A stretch of 62,311 nt of DNA, the filler included, from Platydemus manokwari (lineage: Eukaryota): the NCBI GenBank assembly GCA_037951405.1. It is 6 parts of 6 records of this genome, joined end to end, with 100 filler letters (N's around TTAATTAATTAA, not from the genome) between each part and the next. Parts side by side here need not be neighbours in the genome. Positions count along the whole stretch, not along the records: positions 34,173 to 42,977 come from JBBMOY011347205.1; positions 43,078 to 53,233 come from JBBMOY011162880.1; positions 53,334 to 62,311 come from JBBMOY011319871.1; 3 more parts are not named here. One strand, 5' to 3'. The notes beneath the pieces are model-generated. The model saw only the letters and a program-made list of their open reading frames with translations. It was not told where the DNA came from and searched no databases. Shown here in pieces: positions 40,895 through 62,311 of this stretch; within the stretch, counting starts at the first letter, position 1, and the number at the start of each line of letters is the position of its first letter. The translations under genes and the position numbers were made by a program.

Positions 40895-43800
40895 AAAACC
40901 TTGTAATTCATTCAAGAAGCTAAATTTTGATTATTTGTAAATTAGTTTAAGTTGTTTAATGTTTCTAAATCCTGCTTTTTAATAATAAAAAATGAAAAAC
41001 AATGGTAATGAAGTGTTTCTTTGAGAAAACAATGTCATATTTAAGAATCAAAATAAAATTTCTGTTTTTGTCCATGAAATCATCAAATCTCTCGTAATTT
41101 TTATTTTTCAACAATCACCTTTATAAATTTTGTTTTAATTTCAGATTATTTGAATTTCAATTTCTTCAATGATTCATTGTTTTTGAAATTAAGGTTTAAT
41201 ATTTTCAATTATTGCGACATATTATTATTTATTTTCTTTTACAACAAATATTATATTAACCACTGCCTTTAAGAGATGAGTAATTTCTATTGTTGGATTT
41301 CAATGAAGCAAGAAATTTCATCAATTAAGAGTATGTAATATCAATTATAGCTAGTGTCATATACTGACGTAGAAAACAATTGTCACCAACAAAATATACA
41401 GATGGACACATTAAATGAAGTAATTGAGGATATTTAAGGAGAGCTATGGATACTACATAGACAATAAATATTTGATGTAGATAATCTAGAGCTAGATATA
41501 GATGTGGATTGAAAAACTTAACGAGTTAATATCCTTTAACTGAGTTTTATCATTTGTGATTCATTAGATCTCTTTATATATGCGCCTTAGTAAATTGATA
41601 TATAATGCATCATTTATTTTTATGTATTTTCTCGGTAGCAATATTTTAAAAATTAGAACACGAAAAGGCAACATAAATGCACATATAGAAATTAACCAAT
41701 CCTGAGCACACAAAATCAATAAATCTAACTCTTGGCTGTATTATATTTTAAGCAATTATTGTGGTTTAGGACTAAAATTAACTTTGTAAAAATACAATGA
41801 TCCAAAAATAATTGTGTAGCGATGGAAAAAAGTATCATTCGCGAAATAATATTGAATATTTTAATTTAAAATTGCATGAAATAATATTAAATATTTTTGT
41901 GTAAAATTCCAGAAGTTCTGTGGTTGATATGAATAAAATAAAATATAAATTAAATTCAAAATAATATTGCATAACCAGTTTAAAATATCTATTAAAATCG
42001 TAAATTTCAAAAACAAAACAAAAATTTCACCTATAATCAAAAATACCCTTAAATTAATAATAATAATAAATAACACGCTATGTATTTTCGCGCTGTAAAT
42101 TAGCTATTACCAATTATCTCGCACAATATATAAAATATTCAACCAGAATAAATTGAATAGCCATGCATAAATTATAATTTAATAGCTATGTATTTAATCA
42201 CAGTGAATTTCTCTCCGCTCTATTGGAATTAATTGAATAGAGTTTCTTGCTGCCATAATAAATTGCAGTCCAATAAAGATATATGAGTCATCGCGACCTA
42301 TATAAGGCTGTGACCGCAAGTATAAGTCACAATAACACAGTAAAGACTTTGTAAACGCAGTTATGACCCAGTTAGAAAGCGCGATAATACGTATCATCAG
42401 TCCTACAATCTAACAGACCTGAAGAAGCGGTCTGGTATTTGTATGTGCCCAGTACTCGTGCTGGAAGAACATCAACTCCATAAAAAGACCAAGTAAGATC
42501 CAATAATTAAAATCCATTTATAATTTATAAAAAGCACATATCCTTCCTATTTATAGAATATTGATTCTCTCTACAATACTTGGTTTTACTCGTCTTGGAA
42601 GTTTATTAACCGATAGGCGCTACTGAAACATAATTTTTATTGATTGTTTTGTTGAGTGAAGACAAAATCCTGAAAAAGAAAAACGATTTCGTACATTGAA
42701 ACCCTTGTTTTAGCAATTTAAACATTAGCACACCTACATAATCATACAAGCTTGACAACCAACGCATCACAGATGACTTAAACAGAAAAATCATAATTTT
42801 ACGAGAAACATAACTACACGAGGAGACACGCATAGGGACTGACTAATCCCCACATCTTATGATCGATGGATCCAATGAATATACAATAAACAAAACAATT
42901 AATTAAAAGTGAAACACACAAAACATGAATATAAATATTGAGACCGAGATGGTCAAATGCCAGTGTATTGGAGGTCANNNNNNNNNNNNNNNNNNNNNNN
43001 NNNNNNNNNNNNNNNNNNNNNTTAATTAATTAANNNNNNNNNNNNNNNNNNNNNNNNNNNNNNNNNNNNNNNNNNNNGATGACCAAATATGAAAACAATC
43101 ACCCCAATTAAATAAACATAGTCAATTATTATAAACATATCTATATCTGTATCTATTATTGTATCAAATTTAGTTTAAAGACAATAAATTTACTCTAAAA
43201 TATGATTTAACAGTAAAAATACATGTTAGAAATTCTATTTATGAAATTTATAAAAAAGAAAAATAGATACTTGTTTGTTAACGCAGTCCCATTTTATTTA
43301 TTTACAAATGACTAAGCAGGAATTAAAAGCCAATTCATAGGGAAAATTTAAATTAGATGAATTATTGATACATTAGGACGTATGGTGTCAAAGGCATTGT
43401 AATGATGCAGTTTCGGTGAACTACGGATTCAAAAAACTATGTTTTGTTTATTCATTTAGCAAATTTATTATGAAAAAACTAACATTTTTTCGGATAAACC
43501 CACTTTATTGAGAATTTATTGAAAAATGTTCTTTCATTAATCGTTTTGTACCGGATTTACAAGATAAAACTTTTCCATAATATTTTTATCTTTAAACATT
43601 ATATGTTGCTTGGTTGTCATTAAATAATATATTAATAAATGGGGTTTAGTACATGATAATGCTTGTTATTTAATTAATGTTTTCATTGGTGATAATTTTT
43701 ACCGTATGTTTCGATCTAGAATTTTAGCAGACTCGTTTAAGTAATTCATTCTAAAATAACACGAGTTTATCTTCAACATTTTGATTTTTAAACAACTTTA

Positions 43801-44398
43801 GAAAACTTAGTTTTACATAAAAAATTGTGACATCATGGCTCTCTGGTTGTGCTTCATTTATTATTCGTAAATATATAAATGAATCTCTTTTTCACAAATT
43901 AAAATTGTGATATTTGTATTAATTTCTGGAAACATTTGAACGTTTTAATCAGGAATAATATGGATCTAATGGTAATTATTCACCTTTTGGTCCACTTATC
44001 TCTACTGAAATAAGCAAGGAATATTATTATAATAATTCCTTTCATTTTTTTCTAATAAATTTTTATCGATTAAAAAATAATCCATATCGACTTGTGATTT
44101 TTTTGGATTCTGATGCATTTTGATAAATTATTTCTCTTCTATTTTGAATGATTTTATTTATAAGTCAAAATTATAGTAACGTATCACGTGAAACTCGACT
44201 TTCTATTCTATTTACTTTGATGTTAGGATCTTCTGACCAAAGTTCAAAATCGAAACAATCTCCTGTTCATATACATTTCTTCCTTTGTTTTCAAGTTTAG
44301 ACATTGCACAATATTTTTTATTTCATTTTATCGGTTATTAATTATAAAAAAACAATATTTCTATTTATAAACTATTTATTGATTTAATTCACTTTTAG

Positions 44399-52496
<8,098 letters not shown>

Positions 52497-53333
52497 ATTC
52501 AATAACAGTTCATATTGGGATGTTTGACGAGTTTAGAATTTGTTTTTCTTTATCAAATATAACAATGATCTGAATGAGATAAATACCTTTTTAACGAATA
52601 GATATTCCTAATTTTGATGTAGCAACGTGTTTTAAGAATATATAATAGTCTTAAAATTATTTCCATATTGATTATTATTTTTACTACGAAAGCATGTGTG
52701 TAGATATCGAATATTATTTCAGCATTTAAGGTTATAATGTTTTTATAATTGTTAATATTGCTTATTTCAAAGGAAAATTATAGTAAAGTAAAATTTAGAG
52801 ATATTAATAGTGTAACTATTATGGAGTTTTACGTTTAATAGTTTAGTATTAAATCATTTGGTTTGTATATTAGATTGTAATTCACTATAAAAATGTATAA
52901 TGAATTAAAATAATCTTAGTCGTGATCATAAAACAACATAAGTAAAATTACAAATGAGCTTAGGATCCGAAAGCGGAATGCAGAAAAATTATTTGTTACA
53001 GATTACTAAGCTCTGCTTAAAAAATTTTATTTGAGGTTTTTCTTCACTGATAATTTATTCTTTTCTTTTCACACGGCTAGATTAAAAGTGATGTCCAAAC
53101 GGCAAAGCTTCTGATTGGTTAATGTGATTATATATTTCCTGTCGATATGAATACCATTTGTGAGGCTTTAAACTTAAATTAAATAATTTTGAAATTAAAA
53201 TTAAAAAATTAAAAATTAAAATTGAATTATTTTNNNNNNNNNNNNNNNNNNNNNNNNNNNNNNNNNNNNNNNNNNNNTTAATTAATTAANNNNNNNNNNN
53301 NNNNNNNNNNNNNNNNNNNNNNNNNNNNNNNNN

Positions 53334-53405
<72 letters not shown>
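53334..53405. repeat. (ATA)n microsatellite at a contig end
   Basis: About 24 perfect ATA units immediately after a spacer. Confidence 0.95.
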
Positions 53406-53406
<1 letters not shown>

Positions 53407-56400
53407 GAAACGCATTAATAAAGATGTAAATATGATGAACAATAATAACAAACCGGAAAAATATAATTTAATCAGCCGTTGGTAGTCCTTCGAGATTAAT
53501 AGCTTTATTGAACACTAATCAAATGACTTTCGAGTTAATGATCGATTTATTTCAATTGATTTTATCTATTATCAGCCTAGATATTGCTAGAACAAATTAA
53601 TGTTTTCATAAAATATCGCCACTTAACCATGTTTAACTTTGAAATAAATTTATAATCTGAGTTGCCAGATATAATTTTAACTTTTTGCCAAAAGTATTTG
53701 TGTTGCAATTGTAGGTACATTAGGTACTGACAACTCCTGTTCACAAACATAGCCATGGAATCTTTAATTCCGACTGAAACCATGTATAATTATTCTCCAA
53801 TATAAAATTTGAATTAAATAATCATCAAATATATCTGGTTTCAATCTTAGTTTCGTTTTGATCTTATCAAAAATAATATGATAATAGATCATGTCTTCAT
53901 ATTACGATATCAACAATGTTTTCTTGCTGTATTTCAGTATGTTGTTTTAATCGAAATGAATATGTTCAATGCATTTCTATGTTGCCTTTCAAAATATTGT
54001 TTTAAACATTTTCCAATCAATATTAACAAAACAAAGAGATCATTGTTTCCATTTTCATATGCAAGTTCACTGTTTTTTTCATCTACGAACCACATTTTCG
54101 ACGGAACTGTTCACAGATATATAAATGAAAACGACTCAGAATCGAAAAGTATAAAAATATTCCCATTTCTAAAATTTCGATTTATCATGTTCTGGAGTTT
54201 TCATGATGTTAAAATTAGATCAATAAATCACACATCTTATTGTCAGTGATAAAATTATGTTATTATCATATAAACCTTATTATCATCCAAAAAGCAAGGC
54301 ATTGGAAGTGAACCGACATAGTGGTAATTCCTTATCTTAATATGCGGTATTTACTCTGAATGATATCGATTTTAAAGTATTTAAATGTTTTTTTTTTAAA
54401 ATAAATATCCTCGAAATTATCAAGGCTATCGAGCTGGTTCCATTTAAGTGGAATTCGTTATTGTTATTATTATTCTTTCTGGTAAACAAAGTAAAAATAT
54501 CTTATCTGTGATCGATTTGAGTTAACAAGATGGATATTTCTGATATGCTGATTTTTGTTAGTAAAATTATTTTATTCGTGAAACATTGTTTCTGGTGATT
54601 TTCAATACTGGTTTGGAATGATGCTAATGACCAGTTTCGACTTTTATGTCATTTTCAGTATCGTTGCAGTAAGTAAATAAGGGCAATTCAAATAAAATTA
54701 CGTGATTTATAGCTAAAATATAGCAATAAAACAGAAACAATTTATTTTTCCTTTTAATAAAAAATTGATTTCGAGAATCGTTGAAATAACTTATTAAAGT
54801 GAATGTCAGTCAGTAAAAACATTGACAGGGAATTTATAATTTTAATGATTGTAAAAATACCGATCAATTCATTTATTTATTTTCCTATCGATTCGGTTTA
54901 ATTAGAATATCAGAGAAGATTGGAAAATTAACAAAGCACATGATGGGAAAAACAAGTTATTTATCAGCAAGATAAAATGTGTCGGTTATAATCGTAATTT
55001 GCCACGATTGAAACCCAATCCAGAGACAAATGATAAGATGATTAGCATAATTGGCGATAAATTAATTGGTTTAATTCAATTTGGATTACTATCAGCATTT
55101 CTCAGTGGTAGACAGTTGAACCAATATATCATTCATGGAAACTTTCGAATTGATGCCAATTTGAATATGGCTCCGTCGTTAAGGAGTCATAAATTAGCAA
55201 ATTAGTCACACTTCTAGAATTGGAGAAATTTGTTGCCATAGAATTTGGGATTGTTTCAAATATTCGAATTGAATAAATTACTGAATTATAGAAGTTTGAA
55301 ATTATTTCACAAAAAATTGTAATTATAAATCTAATTATGTTGACGATATTAAGATTAAATAAAATAAATAAATGTTATTAAATCATTCGATCACAGCAGA
55401 CTACTTTAATTATTTTGGATTTATTGGTTTGGGCTTGATATTATTACGTAGAAAACTATGTTAAGATTAGAAATATATTTTTATTAACAAATTAGCCTTT
55501 GTACTTTATGTGCTTGGATTATCTAAACTTTATTTGACTTATTATTCATAAAAACCATTACTGTCAAATTATTGGATTTAACTTAATTCAATTTTAAATT
55601 TTTTCTCTTGACTGTTTAAAGCTTTGAATAAACAACTAATTCAATTTTAAATTAAATTTGATTCAAAATTTGGATTAAGCTAAATATTAGTCCTTTGACC
55701 GAATTTCAGGTATAAAATTTTTCTTCTATGATTTCATTTTGTTTAATTTTGTGTATATTTTTCTAAAATTTCAAATTAAAATTTTTTGTGTCAACCCTCT
55801 ACAAGTAAAAATATAATTGTATAGAATACCGAATAGGAACAAAACAGAATTGTTAAACAAAGCTATAATTCTAATCACGACATTTTTTTTACATTTTGAA
55901 CATTGCTAGCTATATTAATCTTTGTATTTGCAAGTAATCTTTAAAGAAATTCATCAACTACATACTTCCTACCTTTATATCTAATCCCTTAATTAAGTAT
56001 TAATATCTTTTTAAAAATTGTAAATCAACTTAATAAACGTGTGAAGTATTGAATAATGTAATAATATTTTATTTTAGAAAATAAATACAAGAATATAAGT
56101 ATCTTTCCATTTGCTTCTAATGTCAGGAGAAGTGGTTCTCGCTATTTTTAGTTTATTTGCAAATTGACTTATTTTGACCTGATTTTCAAATAATCATTTT
56201 CGTTAAAATTTTAGAGTTCCATTTTATTTAAATTTAAATTTCATACAACAAAAATTCTTCTTAAATCAAGAACTTAAAATGTTATAAAGGCATATAATTG
56301 CCGAAAATTAATAGTTTTCTGCAGTTTATTGAACACATTAAAATTTTATTTTAGGACCCCTTTAACATAAAGAATTTAAAATATATTTTTAGAAAATCGA

Positions 56401-57278
56401 TTTATTTCAAAGGACTGTAAATATTTGAAAATAGCTATTGAAAAATAAAATCAAAATATAATCAAATATTATGGTTATTTCTGCGTTATGGTTGTGATAA
56501 CATCAAACATCGTTGACTGAGAATATGAAATTGGTTTATGTTAAAAATTATAATATTAAATAGTTATTAGCATGCCACTCTTACAATTTCATTTTATTCA
56601 AATCTTCAACGTTTTTTTCATCTTAAAAAACAATCGTCTCAATGTCTCATTCTCTCAAATTTATAACAAAATGAAAACCTCACTAAATGCAGCTAAATAA
56701 ACAAAACAACAGAAATGTTTTTTCTGTTTAAAAATAGAAAACCGACACTGATCGGCATAAAAATTCCTCCATAACTGTAAAGTTAATTGAATTTATAAAA
56801 TCTAGTCTAAAAGAAGAAGAAAAAATGAAATCTGACAGATTTCTCAGAACGAACGGTGAGTCATAATGCTTTCAAAGAATCTATTTTCTGATCTGCCTGA
56901 AATGGATAATTCAATGTACAGATCCCTCGCTGGTATTTGTTAGTCATAAAAGTTTTATTTAATTATCAAACTCGTTCAGTACGAATATCTTTCACTGCTG
57001 CTTCCAAAGATAGAAACAAAACAGAAAGAATATTTTAAAAGTAGAAAGTGGTTTTGTTCATAGAAAATTTTTATTGATTTAGTTATTTTGGATCGTCATT
57101 GATAGAAAACAGCAAATATTAATTTTATTAAAGTGATTTTTATCGGTGTTCAGCAAATCACATTGGGTTGAAATGAGCAATTAAATGTATGAAGATAGTT
57201 TCACAAGTTATACAGGCATTGATTTGTGAATCTAATTGATTAAACACAACCCATTAATTAGATATCCCATACGTAGAG

Positions 57279-57636
57279 CAGTGGTTTTCAACCTTTTTAC
57301 AGGAGAGACGGAAACATTCCTCTGGCTCGAGGAACCCCTGTGCAACAATGTAGCGAGTTTATTTATGTTAAGTTTAGTNNNNNNNNNNNNNNNNNNNNNN
57401 NNNNNNNNNNNNNNNNNNNNNNNNNNNNNNNNNNNNNNNNNNNNNNNNNNNNNNNNNNNNNNNNNNNNNNNNNNNNNNNNNNNNNNNNNNNNNNNNNNNN
57501 NNNNNNNNNNNNNNNNNGAATTTAACATGTTGTTTATTTCTTCGTTGTTCTAATTTAGAAATTTAGAAATTACGGAACACCTAGAGTGTACTGGCGGAAC
57601 CCTAAGGTTCCACGAAACACTGGTTAAAAACCATTG
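57279..57636. mobile_element. hAT-type MITE spanning an N gap
   Basis: TIRs CAGTGGTTTTCAACC ... GGTTAAAAACCATTG; near-identical 8-bp flanks ACGTAGAG / CCGTAAAG; internal GGAAC(C/A)C repeats. Confidence 0.75.
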
Positions 57637-60629
57637 CCGTAAAGATAACCTCAATATTTATAAAATTTGTTCTAATTTATTAAAGTATTATCCAAATAAT
57701 AAAGCGAAAGAATTGCATATATAAATTCGAAAGGTACGAAAAACCTCCTTTCTAAGATGCCATTAAAAACTGAATAACTCAGAGTACATTATTGTCCACG
57801 TTGTCAGCTTAACCTCAATTCGATCTGTTCGATAATTCATAAAACATCCAAACTAAATGATAACGACATTGAAAATTTCATTTTCATCGAATTTTGTCGA
57901 TTGTTTTAATGAGAAATCGTAAACATTGTCAGTGTTCAATGATTTTATGAGATTAAAGATAGAAAATATCTGGATAAATTGAAATTGGAAAGGACTAAAT
58001 CGTAGTATTAACACGACCGCAAAATTAGAAATAAAATATCAATACAAGCCATATCAAGCAGTCTGGGAATGGTTTGAGAGAACGAGTACAAACAACATTC
58101 TAACATTGAACTCGTTTTCGGAGCAGATGTCATTATAATGTGGCAAATTTTTGATTCAAGGTTAGAAAAATTAATAGTTAGCTGACAATGATTTCTGTAG
58201 AAGCTTGTGATATCAGCCAAATAAGTTCACTAACAAGATTAGAAACAAAGGTTTTATTTCTTTTTGGTACGAACTGTTGGTTTCTCTTTGATCGATTACC
58301 TAATCTCTGATTCCAAAAATAGAAGGCTAAAACTTTATTTCAATTACGTGCTGCTCAATACGAATTATAAAATAAATAAATACTCAACATACTTCTCAAA
58401 ATATCAACAAAATCTGGCTTCAAATTAGCAGTTGGACATTTCTAAATCGATATTTATCTTCGAGAACTGTGTGCAATTTTTGTGAATACATTTTATTACA
58501 CTTTGATTAGATCTTTGCTTTTCCATGTTCCTATTGGGCTTGAGAGGGATTGGTCGATTCCTATGTGTGTGTTGTTGTGTAGTTGTGCCCACTTTTTCCA
58601 ATCGTAGTTTACCACCTGGCCCCACTGTGATTGGCTATGCCTGTATGGTTGTGTGGGTATGAAAATGTTTCAAATGTTTAAACAAGGGTTCCAATGTTCA
58701 AATCGGCTTTTCTTTTGCAGAATTTCATCTCGCTCAACAGAACTCATATCATTTCAACTTATCTATACGAGAAAAAAATAGAGTTAAATCTTTACAAAAT
58801 GATAGATCGATAAAGTTGGAGTATTTTTGATTTTTAACTATTATATGTGTTGGTTAGTGCGCTTTAAAACCTTCTATTTTTCATCAGTAGAATCCCTTGG
58901 CATGTGAAGTGTTTGAATCTCTGAGAAATAATTATCCTATTTGTAATTATATAATGAAGTACTTTACAATACTAGGTCATAAATTCAAAATCAATACAGA
59001 CAAGTTCTTTGTTGAAATGAGTTGAAAGAAAAAGAAAAAGAAAATTTTTAAGAAATAAAAGTTGGTCAATTTTTGGTGAATTTGAATCAAATATATTTAA
59101 TTGGCACTTGCTCCCCAATGACTATGAATTAATCGTACGATAGTCATTGAGGAATAGATAGAAAAAACCCAATAAATATCACCATGATACATATCTGATT
59201 GAATCCAAATATCAATTAATGATTTTAATTTACAAAAATCAATGATCGAGCTATTAAGAATTTCTGCTTTATTTCAATGGGCGTTGATCATCAGAGAATC
59301 GTAGAAAAACAACGGAAAGTTAGGCATAAAAATTGACAATTACGATTCATTTAAGTGTTACTTAATAATTGATAGATATAATTAAATTCTGTTCCCTTTT
59401 GGTTTGGATGGCAATAAATTATGACTGAATGGTTCATAAAATTTCTCTGAATGGAAAAGAATTTTCGGTCTTTGATCTCGATGATAAAGTGGAGAAATGA
59501 TTAATTGAAAATTAAATAAAAATTCTGATGACATGATACGATAAATTTCACATTCGAGATTGAGTCTGTTAATGGTACCGGAACATTGTCATCAGCGCAT
59601 TGAATTTTATTATCATCAAAACAAAAACCGTTTTAATTTTCAGGTCGAATGAGATCGAATTTTTGTTTTCTTTTCAAGAAAAAATATCCAAAAAAATGCT
59701 TCTTAAAAATGTCGTATATCACATATCGATTGCTCGAAACAAATTGCTCTGGAAATCATCATGTCAATGAACTCGAAGCTTTCAGCACTTCTGGTCATTG
59801 AAATGTATCCCTTATATATATATGAATATCATTCGAATCAAAACTGATTTAGTTTGCTTGCAGAGTGGCTGGCTACGTGCTTTATCAGCTAATTAAAATC
59901 GCAAGCTCTTTCATCAGTTTTAATTCTGATATCATTAGGAAATCTCACTTATGATCTTTTGTATTTTAATAAGTTCAATACTACACAGATCAATATCCAT
60001 ACTGGGAAATTCTTTTGATTCGAATAAACAATAGAGAATTTTTTTTATTCTACAATGGTAGAACAGCAGCTATATTATTATAATTAATAGTAATAGTAAT
60101 ACGAACAATCGTATTGATAATATAATAATCAATGAAAAAACTGATATTTATTGAACATAAAAGTGTTTGTGTCAATGTATACCTGTGTGTTTTTCCAAAT
60201 TGAAGTCTTCATTCTATAATGATTTTGATTGGCCGACACCTGTATGACTTTTTAGGTATCTATATTTGCAGACTATCAAAACTGTCAATCCAAAGTGATC
60301 AGGGTCGTCAGAAACAATTAACGATTTCGTTGGCAAGTACCCCAATAACCTTATTTCAAAATCCTTCACCTGGACTTTAATAATTTTTCATATGCTTTGT
60401 AGAGTTTTGTGTCTTGTTTTGAACTTGTAAAATATTGCCAGTTCTGAGTTACGGGATCATCAAATATTTGTGTTTTCCATAATTTTTTGATTTTTAAATT
60501 TTTGAGTTGAGATTGATTGAGATAGATTTGCCAGATAGATGGTGTTGAGATTGGTCTGAGTAGATTCGTGTGGTATTTTTGTTTGGTAGCTTGGTTAATT
60601 TATCAGAAGTTATGGTCTTGGAGTCATGC

Positions 60630-61160
60630 TTTGTAAACGAACTGAAAAGTCATGCACACACACATATTACACTACAATTGTTTAAATAAATTAATATAGA
60701 AAATCGGATTATAAAATCTTGGAAATTCATTCTTTGAAGATCATCATCCAAATTTTTAAACCCTCACATTCCACTTTCTTTTAAATCATTGATTTTCGAT
60801 TGATTCTTGATTATCTCTGTGTCACATTAGCTAGCAATTTACCGAAATAAAGCTTCCTATTCAGTATACCTCGTTCATATCTTTTCAATATCTTTGTAAC
60901 ACCTTTCATATATATGTCCGATATATCTTCCTTCATTTCTCATATGGTTTCATGTCATATACCTTTTCAGAATCGAATCCATACACCTGGTCGCCATGTA
61001 AGTCACTACTAGTTTATGAGGCACGCATTGAAAACTAACTGAAAAGTCATGGCACAAAATTCTACATAACTACAAGTATTTAAATAAATTAATATATAAA
61101 ATCGTATTATGTAATCTTTTAAATTCATATTTTAAAAATTATCATCATCATATTAAAATT
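60630..61160. repeat. Repeat family C with core AACTGAAAAGTC: two tandem partial copies here; related copies at ~2610-2700 (-), ~11655-11790 (+) and ~18600-18900 (-)
   Basis: Shared GCACGCATTGAA...AACTGAAAAGTC...TTTAAATAAATTAATATA blocks. 18720-18755 is the diverged reverse complement of ~60968-61008. Confidence 0.65.
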
Positions 61161-62184
61161 CTCTGAAAAACCATTATAAAATAATAAATCAATTGCTAAT
61201 AACGATTTCAAAAATACCATAAATAAAAATATTGATAAAATATATCGAATCATTTATAAAACCAATATTCAATGTGTTAAAAATTAATAATTTATAAATC
61301 AAAACAAGCAAAGGAATTATTCAAATTTCGTTGAATATTGGGAAATTATCTCATAGAAATTAACCAGCGAAATCGAAATTGCTTTAAGATTTAACGAAAA
61401 CAAAATCGGAGTCATTCTTAACTGTCAAATATTTAGAAAATCTATCGTTTGGGAGTATATTTTATGCTTCTTCAAGCCAAATAATTATCATTAATCAAAT
61501 ATAATTCTCTCATTTCGTTCTACTGTGCAACGAGTCGTCATTGTATTAGGATGAATTATTTATTTCGAATTTTTGATTTATTATTTTAATGGTTTTTTTT
61601 GCGGTATTTGACGAAAATGATGATCGATATAAATGTGATTTCGTCCGATATTTCTGTTTTGATGAATTATTTTCTTTATCCTATCAACACTGGAATTGCC
61701 AGTTGAATAACTTTATAAATATATCGATTAAATTTTAAAATATAATTATCACAACGAATTGAAAAATTAAAAAAAATACTTTTAAGTTAAATTTAGAAGT
61801 TGTTTATTCTCGATTAATTATAGTAGTTTAAAATATGAAGAAATATTATTATTGATTTTATTATTGGTATTTAAATGATCGTTTTAAATAGAAAATATAA
61901 ATCTTTAATTTATTTTTTTAAATACAGCATTCCTGTTTCTAACCGCCACTCCTTCTAATCGTGAAATTTTTAGGAAGTTTAAAAATGATAATAGAATAAA
62001 CTCCTCCTAATTGCCAATTCTGTTAATCACCACATTTTTAAAACATATTTTAATGATTTATTTTTATTTTTGACATGATAAGGTTATTTTAATATGAATT
62101 GTTCATGAAAAAATTTTCATTGGACCTTATTTATGACTAAACGAAAGTGTCTAAAGTTGCTCTGTTTTGGGGTTGCTTACTAAT

Positions 62185-62311
62185 TTTTTTATCCTACCAA
62201 ATACAGAGTATTACCTTGGCAGCGTGAATATTCGTCTTCGGTGACGATTTGGCTGGTTGGCCTGGTTTCACATACGATTTTTTGCGCTTCGGGTTGTCGT
62301 AATGAATCCAT
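62185..62311 (-). mobile_element. Mariner (Mos1-like) transposase pseudogene fragment, running off the window end
   Basis: Translation WIHYDNPKRKKSYVKPGQPAKSSPKTNIHAAKVILCIW*DKK, with a stop inside the conserved CIWWD motif. Confidence 0.85.

Noticed and set aside
42413-42445. ACAGACCTGAAGAAGCGGTCTGG, resembling the start of a Penelope-type minimal hammerhead
   Set aside because: No downstream GAAA or NUH; at most a truncated remnant.
53577-59000. Short ORFs in the last contig (for example 53878-54249, 54999-55205, 58425-58625)
   Set aside because: Composition typical of random AT-rich DNA with no motifs; 58425-58625 overlaps repeat family B.

Overview
Very AT-rich eukaryotic genomic DNA, most likely a triclad flatworm (planarian). 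This is inferred from the 42-55 nt introns, a planarian-type YLxGGxRY neuropeptide and the repeat content. Five identical 100-bp spacers (44 N + TTAATTAATTAA + 44 N) show that the window is a concatenation of about six separate contigs, so adjacency across them is not biological. Spliced genes rebuilt by hand are: the last exon of a neuropeptide precursor (+), one TM4-TM5 exon of a class A peptide GPCR (-), a complete OSTM1 homologue (-), a complete PLAC8/cornifelin-family gene (+), an uncharacterised ~480-aa protein of four tandem ~100-aa repeats (+), and the 3' half of an NADP-type malic enzyme (+) with an altered active-site motif. Transposon debris includes Ty3/gypsy, LINE, Merlin, pogo/Tigger, mariner, hAT MITEs and several dispersed repeats. 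The most striking unannotated feature is a cluster of three tandem type III hammerhead ribozyme motifs at ~19650-19931, resembling a retrozyme/self-cleaving RNA module. Most entries in the supplied ORF track are spurious or are exon fragments.
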